Below, in pieces: positions 12,166-24,731 of a stretch of 64,000 bases of DNA. The number at the start of each line of letters is the position of its first letter. Positions within the stretch are counted from its first letter, which is position 1. Location: the NCBI RefSeq assembly GCF_018350175.1, contig NC_058368.1:96908001-96972000 (forward strand), given 5' to 3'. Below the pieces are notes generated by a model. It had not been told where the DNA came from. It worked only from the letters and a program-made list of their open reading frames with translations, and did no database searches. Source of the stretch: Felis catus. Lineage: Eukaryota. The position numbers and the translations under genes are program-made.

Positions 12166-14103
12166 AATACATGTTTTAAAAATATATTTATAATTGCTAA
12201 AACTGCTGTGCATATGACTGGTCTTTGTGGGAAGAGTGGAAAACACGAGAACAGATCTTCTAGTCTGAAGAGGACACCATCATTTCCCACCATTTTTCTC
12301 TTGATAGGTTGGATGGATAGATGGACGGATCAGTATAAGAAGAGATGGATCCATAGATGGAATTTCTACATATGTATGAGAACTTGATGTCCTTGCTTGC
12401 AATTAGCAAATGGTAAGGAACACCATCCAGAAAGTAATTCAACCTGCCAAGGTGCCTAAATCCATGGGAGCCAACACTCCACTCTGTGCAGGAAGTAAAC
12501 GTGCTAGAGTCTTTCCCACTGGATCAGTCAGTGACATAGCACTCATTTGATCTACTTACACAGGGGTAAACGCTCTCATTTCTTTGGTTTCTCTTCTTGT
12601 GCCAATGTGTTGATGGTAGTAAAACTCGGGTTTAATTTTAGGGATCGGAGCAAAGTTCTCAAATGTGCAGCAGAAGCCGTCTGTTACAGCCTGGTTTCAC
12701 AGAGAATCCTGAGGTGGCAGATTAGACATGTGGATCCAAGAAGTATTTGCCGTCATAATTGTCCATTGTGTGTCTATCTCTATCAGGGCCTCCTAAAGAG
12801 AGTGGCTCTGCCAGGGCAGGATTTGGGCACTGCTGAATCCCCTGAGCTAACACCAATGAGTTTCCATTTATCACATAAAACCCAAGCATTGGCTAAGATT
12901 TTAAATTAGAGTTTTAAATATTTTAATGATAAAAGGGAAGTGAAATATGCCCAAGTCCCAGAAATTGAGTGTCAGCAGAATAAGGAAACGAATCTAGAAT
13001 TATTATCTCCTTCAATGAATTAGTTCAAAGGAAAGAAGCTGTAAACTAAAAGTTCCTTGATCATGAAAAATGTAACTGCTATATAATATACCCCAAAACT
13101 TACTGCTCTATCTCCTGCCCTTTGAACTAATTACAAGAAAATCAAGGGCAGCAGGTCTGGGGTTGATTCTAAAGTCATTTTGTGGTAATTTAAAGTAATT
13201 GGGATTTTTTTATGATGGTTGCTGTAAAGAAGAATATATAGCTTTGCTATTCCTTGTGACAGTTCTTTGAATTACACCTCCAGAATAAGAAGTATGAGAC
13301 ATGGCTGTTAATTTATGGCAATACCCCCATTCACCATCATGGGCTGGCATTACAAATGAGCAAAGTAAGAAAAAAAAAGAAAAAAAACAGGCTCTGGATA
13401 AAATGAGAAGTGCCTGTCGGTCCTCTTCCCCAGCCCAGCCTCATTTCTCTCCAAGTGCACATCCACACCATGTTAATATGGCCCTCTGATGCCAATATGC
13501 ATCTTGGAGCCAAATGGCAATTCATCTGGAATCTTGAGTGCTAAGTGAAATGCTTAAAGATGCAAGAATCTTAACTAGTAAAGGATTGGGGGGGGGGGGG
13601 GAGCGTTCTATTAGTAATTAGGTAAAATCGAAGCATGGTGACAAGTGCCCTGACTGGCTGTCTCTGAGAAGCTTGCTGGGGGTAAAGCTTGTCGGTGGCT
13701 GCCTCCTTAGCACAAATTGCATTTGATCTCAGGAAGGGCTCTTCAGAGCAAAAGAGTATAAAGATGTTTTCAGTATCTCCTCTTCCCTTCAGTGTCCCTG
13801 CTGTGTGGGCGCCACGATAATTAGATGCTGGCTTTTAGTGGGATGTCTTGAGTGTTCAATTAGGTCTCCTTTCTTCCTAGCGGTCGTGTTTCAATATGAA
13901 TGAACACAAAGCCAATTATCTTTTAGAAGCATGCTTTTGAGTTGCAATGACAGTCATCGTACATGTTCGACAACTATCGCCATGAGACACAGCCCTTCAT
14001 TCAGATTTTAGGGGAGAGAAAAAATAATGGCCTAAATTTCTGTTTGAATGCAACTGAAGTCAAGATGCTTCCCCCTCTTTGAACAGACAGATAGACCAAA
14101 AAC

Positions 14104-14260
14104 TTGTTCTTCAAAGTGTGCTCAGCAGGCCTGCAGTATCATCACCTGGGAGCCCGTTAGAAATGCAGAATCTGGGGCCCCACCTCAGGCTGAATGAACC
14201 AAAATCTGGACTGGAACAAGATGGCAGGTGATCTGTATGCACCTAAATCAGGAGACACCA
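14104..14260. mobile_element. MER5A-like hAT-Charlie DNA transposon relic
   Basis: TTCTTCAAAGTGTG...ATCACCTGGGAGCCCGTTAGAAATGCAGAATCTGGGGCCCCACC...CAGGTGATCTGTATGCAC. Confidence 0.8.
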
Positions 14261-14403
14261 TCAAGGTATCACGTAGTTGTACACGATGTTTAGGAAAAAT
14301 CTGCTCCTGGTTAAGAAGGGAAAGAAAGAAAAAGAAAGAAGTGATGTCCTGTTTTGTCAAAATGTCAACATAAAGGTAGCGGTCTATTAAAAGAAGTAAG
14401 TCA

Positions 14404-14622
14404 GAGGTGCCTGGGTGGTGCAGTTAGTTAACCATCAGACTTCGACTCAGGTCAAGATCTCGTGGTTCATGAGTTCGCTCTCCGAGTTGGGCTCTGGGCT
14501 GACAGCTCAGAGCCAGGAGCCTGCTTCGGATTCTGAGTCTCCCTCTCTCTGCCCCTCCCCCACTCTTGCTGTCTCTCTCTATCTCTCTCTCAAAAATAAA
14601 TAAAAACATTATTTTTTTTTAA
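14404..14622 (+). mobile_element. Can-SINE
   Basis: TSD-like AAAAGAAGTAAGTCAG/AAAAGAACAAGTCAG. Confidence 0.92.
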
Positions 14623-14649
14623 AAAAGAACAAGTCAGACTAGAACTGGT

Positions 14650-15170
14650 GTGATAGACATCAACGAGGCTCCTAACAACTTTCAATTCTCCTTTCATTCT
14701 AAGTACACTGAAGGACTGCATCTCCTTGTACTTGATAAACTTGGCCATGACTGGGTGGCTTGCATTGGCCAAAGCAACGTGAGTGGGAAAGGATACATGC
14801 CACTTCAGTGTGGAAGCATTTAGGACCTGGCACACCATCCCCCATGCTTTCTTTTCTGAAGTTTGTGGAAGCACAGTTTGATGGGGAGGTGCTATAAAGA
14901 AAAAGAAAGAAAGAGAAAAAGAAAAAAAGACACCAAAAAGGAGAAAAAGTGCCTTTTTTTTTTTTTGGTCTCCTCACAAAAAAACAGTGAACATAGAGTT
15001 TTAGCAACATTCACAGAAATAAGTCTGAACATATCTCTACCAATACTCGGAGGACAGCTTCCCCAGAGAGATGCTTTGACCATCGGAGGATTCTATGTGA
15101 GTACAAAGTAAGCTTCTGAGATGCTGGGGTTTTAGTACTGTAGCATAACATCACATCTCTTAGCTGATAC
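14650..15170 (+). mobile_element. Old MaLR LTR (MLT1H/I/J-like)
   Basis: GGCCATGACTG...TGGCCAAAGCAACGTGAGTGGGAA...GCCACTTC; ends CTGAGATGCTGGGG...TAGCATAAC...CTGATACA. Confidence 0.65.
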
Positions 15171-17509
15171 AATGGCAACATATGCATGAAATGAGATAGT
15201 GAAAGAGATCACCACCCAGTGGCAATGGAGGGCTGGAGAGCTAAGTAAGAGGTACAGACCTGCCTTCCCTCAAAGGCATCCATGCCGCTGGAATAGCCAG
15301 TGGAACTGGGAAATGTCTCAAGATCTTCAAATTTGGCTACAAAATGCAACATAATATCCTGAGTTACAGCCTGTAGAAGGGGGAAATAGTCCTTTCTTGC
15401 TTTAGAGGAGAACAAAGAAACTCTAACATAATTCTGAACCTCCTCTTTCTTCCTAAAAATGCCCAAATATACTGCTTTGTATTCATTGCAAGCTTTACCC
15501 ATCTGTTCCTGAGGTGCTTAGAAGCGTCTATAGGTTTTGGATAAAGCAAGCATGGCCCTGGGGATGATTCCTTTCTAAAGAACATGAATATGCTTGGCTA
15601 ACAAGAGTACTACTCATATTGGTTTTCATAACAGGAGCACAACTAGAGTACCTTCCATTGATTACTTTTTATCCCACACACATTCACTTTTTTCAAAGCA
15701 CTAAATGGCACTTTTAGTGATACTGAGATATCTGATAGTATCACTGGACTCTGGGTTCAAGAGAATTTAATCCAATCTAGAGAATTCCTGCTATCAAGCA
15801 CAAGAATTGCTTGTGATTCCTGCTATCAAGCACCTACACTTTAGGTACCCTTGCCAGAGGTCTACTGACATCATATGGGAACAACTTGAAAATGAGGAAT
15901 GAAACCCCATATTTGTATTTGTTTCTAATTATTTATAGCTGGAGGACAGCATACTCCATAGTGAAGACGCCTATGCCATGGTAGACCAGGACCTACCAGA
16001 TACCTGCTCCAATAGGCAATGCCATTTGAGACAGAAATGTTGCTATCAAAGAAATAGTCATTTAAGAGAAAGAGAAACTGAAGAAAGCCATTGTTCAACT
16101 AACCTCTGCCATGAACTTGAACAGGTTTGAACACACGTGTCATGTTCATTTGTGCTGAAATGCAATGGAAACTCTAAGGCAAAGGACTGGTTATTTGAGC
16201 CAAGTCCTGCGTTCAGATTTTCCCTGATTAATATAACAGATCAAGGAAATGTGTTTAGGTGTGTAATGATATGGCAATTCTTTGTCTTCGAAAGATGTGC
16301 TGAAACATTTTTAAATGAAATGGTTATGGAGTCCAGCCTTTGCATTATCATTATTTGGGTAGAGGCGAGGTGAAGTAAAGGTCTCTAGAGGCAAAACAAA
16401 ATTGGACAATCATGATCACTGCTGAGGCTGGGTGACAGGTCTATCAGAGTCACTGCACCATGCTCTCTACAACTCTGAGTATTTATAAACTGTTTATAAC
16501 TCTGAGTGGTAATAAAGAGAAAAACACTTAAAAAAACAAGCCAACGTCTATGAATTATTAATTGCTTGACATGGCTAGCCCTTGACTTACAAATCACAGT
16601 GGGTCAGCAAAGTGAAAGTGGATACAAGTGAGCGGGGTCTCCCTCTTCCTTCCTCTGCCACAGTGCACACAGGATTGTTACTGATTAAATTTAATCAACT
16701 ATGCTAATTTATGTTTGACAGCTGGACATTTCTGGGACATTTCAAAGGAATATCTATCGATGGGGGAAAAAAGAATTTTTCTAACGAGCATTTAAAGCTT
16801 GTTCCTCTGAGCTGTGTTACCCCAAGTGCCCTTCTCTTGTGCTCCAAGAGCAAGACTGGCTCTCAACTCGGGCATGTCTTTTATCCTTTTTTTTTTTTTT
16901 TAATTCCAGATGAGTCATCTTCTCCTTTAAATTTAATTGGCATGTATTACATGTCTTATTTTCTCAAGTTTCTTTTGCTTCTCCAAATTTCCTTGGGCTT
17001 CCAAAGTGAATTAGATATACTTCAAATTCTGTCTTAATCATGCTTCTCTTTGAAAAATAAGATTTCATGGGTCTGCAGAAGATTTTCTCTCTTCTCTTAC
17101 ACGAATTTAGAGAATACTTAATGGTAAGGAGGAAGATGCTGTTCTTTAGAACATCATAAATCAGATAATTCCAAAATAGATTCCAAAATAGTTTACAGAC
17201 TAGAATTGGGCCATTTTTGATCTCAGAAATCCACAGCATGGGATATTTGGAAGATTTGAAGATGCCTTTGTTTTTTTTCTAAAGAATAGAACAGAAAAAT
17301 TATTTGGACAGCGAAATCAATAATATTGAAGAAAAGAAAATTAGTAGTAGGAATTGCTTAACAAGAACTAACCAAGCTGCTATCCTCCATCAGGTAAAAT
17401 CTACAGGTAAGTATCACTTAAAATAATTAACTTCTATTAGAGAGAGTAATCAAAAAGGAATTTCCTCACTTTCCAAGGAAGTCTGCAACATTTTCTAACC
17501 CCCTAAAAG

Positions 17510-17690
17510 ATCATCTGCATACAAGTGTAAATTGGTACAACCACTTTAGAAAACACTTTGCAGTACCTTCTAAAGCTATAAATACGGATATCTAAATTGC
17601 CTACCAATTCTACTCCCAAGTATATGCCCAACCGAAATGAATACATATATTTGCCAAAACACATGTACCAGAATGTTCATAAGTGTACTC
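17510..17690 (+). mobile_element. Ancient L1M ORF2 3' fragment
   Basis: TGTAAATTGGTACAACCACTTTAGAAAAC...AATTCTACTCCCAAGTATATGCCCAA...AGAATGTTCATA. Confidence 0.7.
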
Positions 17691-18206
17691 TCAGTACAGT
17701 CAGTGATGCTGAGATACATGTTTTAACCCATTAGGACAGAAGGTTAACACTAGACCTGCTGGAATTGATTCTGAAAGTATACCAAGGTAGCCCACTTTTA
17801 GCCGATCCGCCATTGCCTCCTGAAATGAGCTGAATACCACTGGAGATAATCTAAGTTTTGACATATCATTTCCAGGAAATCCCGGGTAACTTACAAATCT
17901 GTAAACCATGAATAGTAATATATCAAATCACTGACAACCCTGGAAATTGTAGCAATATTTGTTTCTGAATGACAGAGCAGAAAAGATCCTGAAGCCACAG
18001 GCATGGGGTTCCATGAGAAAGTATGGAAATTCTGGACATGTTGGGGAAGCAACAATCTACACTACATGCTGGAGAGAGTGAACCTGACCCACAGATACTG
18101 AGTGTGTACTCTGGAGGCCTGCATGTGAAGTCCCTACTCCTGGATTTTGTTTAGCAGCTCTGAGCTTCTCTACAAATCTGTTCACCATCTAAAATAAATC
18201 TTCACA

Positions 18207-18434
18207 GGGGCGCATGGGTGGCTCAGTCGATAGAGCATCCGACTTCGGCTCAGGTCATGATTTCAGTTTGTGGGTTTGAGCCCCGCATCAGGCTCTACGC
18301 TGACCTCTTGCTCAGAGCCTGGAGTCTGCTTCAGATTCTGTGTCTCCTTCTCTCTCTGCCCCTCCCCCACTCATGCTTTGTCTCACTCTGTTTCTCAAAA
18401 ATAAATAAATGTAAAAAAAATTTTTTAATAAAAT
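18207..18434 (+). mobile_element. Can-SINE
   Basis: TSD AAAATAAATCTTCACA. Confidence 0.93.
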
Positions 18435-19660
18435 AAAATAAATCTTCACAATATCATCTATTCTCTTAAATATATGTGTATGCAATATATATACATATAC
18501 ACTTAAATACATACATATTATAGGCACATTAGCTACAACTTTTGCCATCCAGGCCACTCAAAACTATGCCAATCTTCTGATGGACTCATTTAACTAGTCC
18601 ACAAGGAATTGGGAGAAATTTCTTGTTTTCTCAACAGCCTATGTAAATATTGGAAAAACAGACAAAAATATTCAGTTCCTTTTTTCTTATTATCTTATAT
18701 TTTTCTTTATTATCTCCTATTTTTCTTATTAGCATAAAGCTTATCATTTTTTGGTTGAAATGAACATGGCTTTAGGCAATTTTAGGATGATTAGAGTAAT
18801 ATATATTAATCATTAAACACACATGGAGAATATGAAGAACTTTAAAAAGTAAGTCATTCTAGTTCAACAGGGCCAAATTCATTGGTTAAAATTTGTTTTC
18901 TTTCAAAACTCCACTGACATCAGAGTAAAGGGGATTTTTTTTTTTAAGACACAAACCCCTAGGGAAAGGATAGTAATAAAGCCCTGGATTCTGCCAAGGA
19001 CATGGATGTGTAGCAAGTGATTTCATAGACAGAGGAAACTACATCTGATTTCGTAGACAGAAGGAAACTAAATTCCCTACCACTAAAGGAAAAAATTATG
19101 AAATAACCTTCTTTAACATCACAAAAATCCTTACAAGCTGAGGGTCTGGCAGTTCTTGGTGCCTCTGGAGGTAGCAAAGAATTGGGGAGAGGGGCTAATT
19201 ATTAAATTATTTAACAACTAGGGGATGATAGAGAAGCAGTAGATTGGTAATCACACCCTGTGAGCCATGTTGCTGGACAACTTCCCTTCTCTCAGCAGAC
19301 ATCTATGGATTTAATTTCCTAGGCTCTCTGGCTGGAGGGATGTCATACACAGTTGAGAGGCAAAATACCTATATTTATTTATGTATTTATGTATTTATTT
19401 ATTTAATATACTTATTTATTTTTAATTTACATCCAAGTTAATATATAGTGCAATAATGATTTTAGGAGTAGAATCCCATGATTCATCCCAACAAATATCT
19501 TCCTTATTGTCCCTTGCCCATTTAGCCCATCCCCCCACCCACAACCCTGCCAGCTACTCTCAATTTGTTCTCTGTATTTAGGAGTCTCTTATGTTTTGTC
19601 CCCCTCCCAGTTTTCATATTATTTTTGCTTCCCTTCCCTCATGTTCAATTGTTTCATATC

Positions 19661-22600
19661 TCAATTTCCACATATGAGTGAAGTCATATGGTATTTGTCT
19701 TTCTCTGACAGACTAATTTCACTTAGCATAGTATCCTCTAGCTCTATCCACATAGTTGTAAATGGCAAGATTTCATTCTCTTTGATTGCCAAGTAATACT
19801 CCATTGTATATATAGACCACATCTTCTGTATCCACTCATCTGTTGATGGACATTTGAGCTCTTTCCATACTTTGGCTATTGTCGATAGTGCTGCTATAAA
19901 CATTGGGATGCATATGCCCATTCGAAACAGCACATGCGTATCCTTTGGATAATTACCTCATAAGTGCAATTTCTGGGTCTTAGAGTAGTTCTATTTTTAA
20001 GTTTTTGAGGAACCTCCATACTGTATTCCAGAGTGACTGCACCAGTTTCCATTCCCACCAGCATTGCATAAGGGTTCCTTTCTCTGCATCTTGGCCAACA
20101 TTTGTCGTTGCCTGAGTTTTTCATTTTAGCCATTCTGACTGGTGTGAGGTAGTATCTCATTGTGGTTTTGATTTGTATTTCCCTGATGATGAGTGATATT
20201 GAGCATTTTTTCATTTTCTGTTAGCCATGTGGATGTCTTCTTTAGAAAAGTGTCTATTCATGTCTTTTGCCCATTTCTTCACTGGATTATTTGCTTTTTG
20301 GGTATTGAGTTTGATAAGTTCCTTATAGATTTGGGATACCAACCCTTTATCTGATATGTCATTTGCAAATATCTTCTCCCATTCCGTCGGTTGCCTTTTA
20401 GTTTTGCTGATTGTTTCCTTTGCCGTGCAAAAGCTTTTTATCTCAATAAGATCCCAGTGGTTCATTTTTGCTTTTGTTTCCCTTGCCTCCAGAGACATGT
20501 TGAATAAGAAGTTGCTACAGCCAACATCAAAGAGGTTTTTGTCTACTTTCTCCTCAAGGATTTTGATGGCTTCCATCTTACATTTAGGTCTTTCATCAAT
20601 TTTGAGTTTACTTTTGTGTATGGTGTAAGAAAGTGGTCCAGGCACATTCTTGTGCATGTTACTGTCCAGTATTCCCAACATCATTTGCTGAAGAGAGAGA
20701 CTGTCTTTATTCTATTGGATATTCTTTCCTGCTTTGTCAAAGATGAGTTGGCCATATGTTTGTGGGTCCATTTCTGGGTTCTCTATTCTGTTCCATTGAT
20801 CTAAGTGCCTGTTTTGGGGCCAGTACTATACTGTCTTGATGATTACAGCTTTCTAATACATCTTGAAGTATGGAATTGTGATACCTCCAGCTTTGGTTTT
20901 CTTTTTCAGGATTGCTTTGGCTATTCGGGGTCTTTTCTGGTTCCATACAATTTTTTTTAATGTTTATTTTTGAGAGACAGAGCATGAGCAGGGGAGGGGC
21001 AGAGAGAGAGGGAGACACAGAATCCACAGGAGGCTCCAGGCTCTGAGCTGTCAGCACAGAGCCCCACACAGGGCTCAAACCCACGAACTGTGATATCAAC
21101 CTGAGCCGAAGTTGGACGCTCAAGCAACTGAGCCACCCAGGTGCCCCCCACATTTTTTGTGTTTTTAATGTTTTGGTTTCCAACAAATTTTTGGATTGTC
21201 TGTTATAGCTGTGTGAATAATGCTCGTGTTATTTTGATAGGTATTACATTGAATGTGTAAATACCTTTGGGTAGTGTTGACATTTTAACAATATTTGTTC
21301 CTCTAATATATAAGTTTGGAATATTTTTCCATTTATTGTGTCTTCTTCAATTTCTTTCATAAGCTTTCTATAGTTTTAAGTGTATATTTTTCAGCTCTTT
21401 GGTTAGGTTTATTCCTAGGTATTTTATGGGTTTTGGTGCAATTGTAAATGGGATGGATTCCTTGATTTCTCTTTCTGTTCCTTCATTATTGGAGTATAGA
21501 AATGCAACCAATTTCTGTGCATTGAATTTATACCCTGCAACTTTGCTGAATTCATGGATCAGTTCTAGAACTTTTTTGGTGGAACCTTTTGGGTTTTCCA
21601 TATAGAGTATCATGTCATCTGCAAAAAGTGATAGTTTGACTTCCTCCTTGCAGATTTAGATACCTTTTACTTCTTAGTGTTGTCTGATTGCTGAGGCTAA
21701 TGTTGAATAAAATGTTGAATAAAAGTGGTGAGAGTGGACATCCCTGTCATGTTCCTGACCTTAGGGAAAAAGCTCTCAGCTTTCTCCCATTGAGGATGAT
21801 ATTAGCAGTGGGTCTTTCATATATGCCTTTTCTGATCTTGAGGTATGATCCTTCTATCCCTACTTTCTTGAGGATTTTTATCAAGAAAGGATGCTGTCTT
21901 TTGTCAAATGTTTTCTCTGCATCTATTGGAAGGATCACGTGGTTCTTGTTCTTTCTTTTATTGATGTGATGTATCATACTGATTGATTTGTGGGTATTGA
22001 ACCAACCCTGCATCCCAGGTATAAATCTCACTTGGTCGTGGTAAATAATTCTTTCAATGTATTGTTGGATCTGGTTGGCTAGTATTTTGTTGAGAATTTT
22101 TATATCCATGTTCATCAGCGAAACTGGTCTATAGTTCTCCTTTTAAGTGGGGTCTTTGTATGGTTTTGGAATCAAGGTAATGCTGGTCTCAGAGAATGAG
22201 TTTGGAAGTTTTCCCTCCATTCCTATTTTCTGAAACAGCGTAAAAGAATAGGTGTTAACTCTTCTTTAAATGTTTGGAAGAACTCCCCTGGGAAAGCCAT
22301 CTGATCCTGGACATTGTTTTTTGGGAGATTTTTGATTACTAATTCAATTTCTTCACTGGTTATGGGTCTGTTCAAATTTTCTATTTCTTCATGTTTCAGT
22401 TTGGGTAGTTTATAGGTTTCTAGGAATTTGTTCATTTCTTCCAGATTACCCAATTTATTGGCATATAATTGTTCATAATATTCTCTTATTATTGTTTGTT
22501 TTTGTGCAGTGTTGGTTGTGATCGCTCCTCTTTCATTTGTGCTTTCCTTTATTTGGGTCCTTTCCTTTTTCTTTTTGATCAAACTGGCTAGGGTATTAAC

Positions 22601-22662
22601 AATTTTGTTAATTCTTCAAAGAACAAGCTCCTGGTTTAATTGGCCTGTCTACTGGTTTTTTG

Positions 22663-22693
<31 letters not shown>

Positions 22694-23752
22694 TTTTTTT
22701 TTGGTTTCGATAGCATTGATCTCTGCTCTAATCTTTATTATTTCCCATCTTCTCCTGGTTTGGGGTTTTATTGCTATTCTTTTTCCATCTCTTTAAGGTG
22801 TGAGGTAAGGTTGTGTATCTGAGATCTTTCTTCCTTCTTTCAGAAGCCTTGGATTGCTATATACTTCCCTCTTAAGGCTGCCTTTCCTGCATCACAGAGG
22901 TTTGGGGCTGTGGTGGTATCATTTCATTGGCTTCCATGTACTTTTTATTTCCTCTTTAATGTTTTGGTTGACCCATTAATTCTTTAGTAGGATGTTCTTT
23001 AACCTCCAAGTATTCATTGTCTTTCTGAATTTTTTTCTTGTGGTTGATTTCCAGTTTCATACCATTGTGGTCTGAATATATGAACAGTATGATCTCAATC
23101 ATTTTGAACTTTGTGAAAGCTGATTTCTGTCCCAGTATGTGATCTATTCTGGAGAATGTTCCATGTGTGCTCTAGAAGAATGTATTCTGCTGCTTTAGGA
23201 TGAAATGTTCTGAATGTATCTGTTAAGTCCATTTGGTCCATTAAATCATTCAAAGCCATTGTTTTCTTATTGATTTTCTGTTTAGATGATCTGTCCCTTG
23301 CTGTAAGTGGGGTGTTGCAGTCCCCTACTATTATGGTATTATTATCAATGAGTTTTTGTATGTTTGTGATTAATTGATTTACATATTTGTGTTCCTTCAT
23401 GATGGGGGCATAAATGTTTACAATTGTTAGATCTTCTTGGTGCATAGACCCCTTAAATATGATATAATGCCCTTCTTAATTTCTTCTTACAGTCTTTATT
23501 TTAAAATCTAGATTGTCTGATACAAGTATGACTACTCTGGCTTTCTTTTGGCAACCATTAGCATGATAGATGGTTCTCCATCCCCCTTACTTTCAATCAG
23601 AAGGCGGCTTTAGGTCTAAAATGAGTTTCATGTAAATAGCATATAGATGGATCTTGTTTTCTTATCCATTCTGTTACCCTTTGTCTTTTGGTAGGAGCAT
23701 TTAGTCCACTGACATTTAGAGTGAGTACTGAAAGATATGGACTTATTACCAT
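19661..23752 (-). pseudogene. L1 ORF2p (endonuclease / reverse transcriptase) remnant (disrupted)
   Basis: Starts MVISPYLSVLTLNVSGLNAP at 23752. EN motifs IVNIYAP and IIVGDCNTPL; RT motifs [22 protein letters not shown] and [10 protein letters not shown]-terminus ...DKYHMTSLICGN*. Many frame breaks and a SINE insertion. Confidence 0.92.
20951..21149 (-). mobile_element. Can-SINE inside L1 ORF2
   Basis: Reverse SINEC head ending GGTGCCCC; interrupts ORF2. Confidence 0.93.
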
Positions 23753-23839
23753 TGTGTTGCCCATAGAGCCGGAATTTCTGGTGGTATCCTCTGGTCCTTT
23801 CTAGTCTTTGTTGCTTTTGGCCTTTTTTGCTTTGTTTCA

Positions 23840-24731
23840 TCTTTTCTCCCCTTGGTGAGTGCCCCTTAAACTTTCTTGCAGGGCTGATTTAGTGGTCACA
23901 AACTCCTTTAGTTTTTGTTTGTCTGTGAAACGTCTTATTTCTCCTTCTATTTTGAATGACACCTTTGTTAGATAAAGAATTCTTGGCTGTATATTTTTCT
24001 GATTCAGCACATTGAATATATCTTGTCACTCCTTTCTGGCCTGCCAAGTTTCTGTGGATAGGTCTACTGCTAACCTGATCTGTCTTCACTTGTAGGTTAA
24101 AGGTCTTTTTTTCCTTTGCTGCTTTCATAATTCTTTCCTTGTCTGTGTATTTTGTGAATCTAACCATTATATGCCTTCTTGATGGCCAGTTTTTGTTGAA
24201 TCTAATGATACTTCTCTGTGCTTCTTGGATTTTGATGTCTGTGTCTTTCCCCAGGTTAGGAAAATTTTCTGCTATAATTTGCTTGCATATATCCTCTACT
24301 GATTTTTCTCTCCTTTCGTCTTCTGGGACTCTTATGATTCAGATATATCCCTTTTTAGTGAGTCACCAGGCTCTACAATTCTTATATCATGCCCTTTTGC
24401 CTTAGTTTCCCTCTTTTTTTCCTATTCATTATTCGCCATAATTTTGTCTTCTATATTGCTGATTTGCTGCTCTGCTTCATGCATCCTTGCTGCCATGGCA
24501 TCCATTTGAAATTGCATTTCAGTTATAGCTAGTTTTTAAATTTCATCTTTACTAGATTTTACTTCTTTTATCTCTGCAGAAAGGAATTTTATGTTTTTTT
24601 CAACCCCAGCTAGTATTCTTATCGTGATTCTAAATTCTAATTCAGACGTCTTGCTTATATCATGTTGATTAAGCTCTTGGCTGTCATTTCTTCCTGTTCT
24701 TTCTTTTGGGGTGATTCCTTTGTTTTGTCAT
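23840..24731 (-). pseudogene. L1 ORF1p remnant (disrupted)
   Basis: ATG at 24731 (MTKQRNH...). The ORF-track fragment 23889-24167 VRFTKYTDKERIMKAAKEKK matches the ORF1p C-terminal region. Frameshifts and stops are present. The 3' end is approximate. Confidence 0.85.

Noticed and set aside
12548..12700. Minus-strand donor (TGT|GTAAGT) with two short open frames upstream
   Set aside because: No clear acceptor and the peptides are unrecognised; too weak to call.
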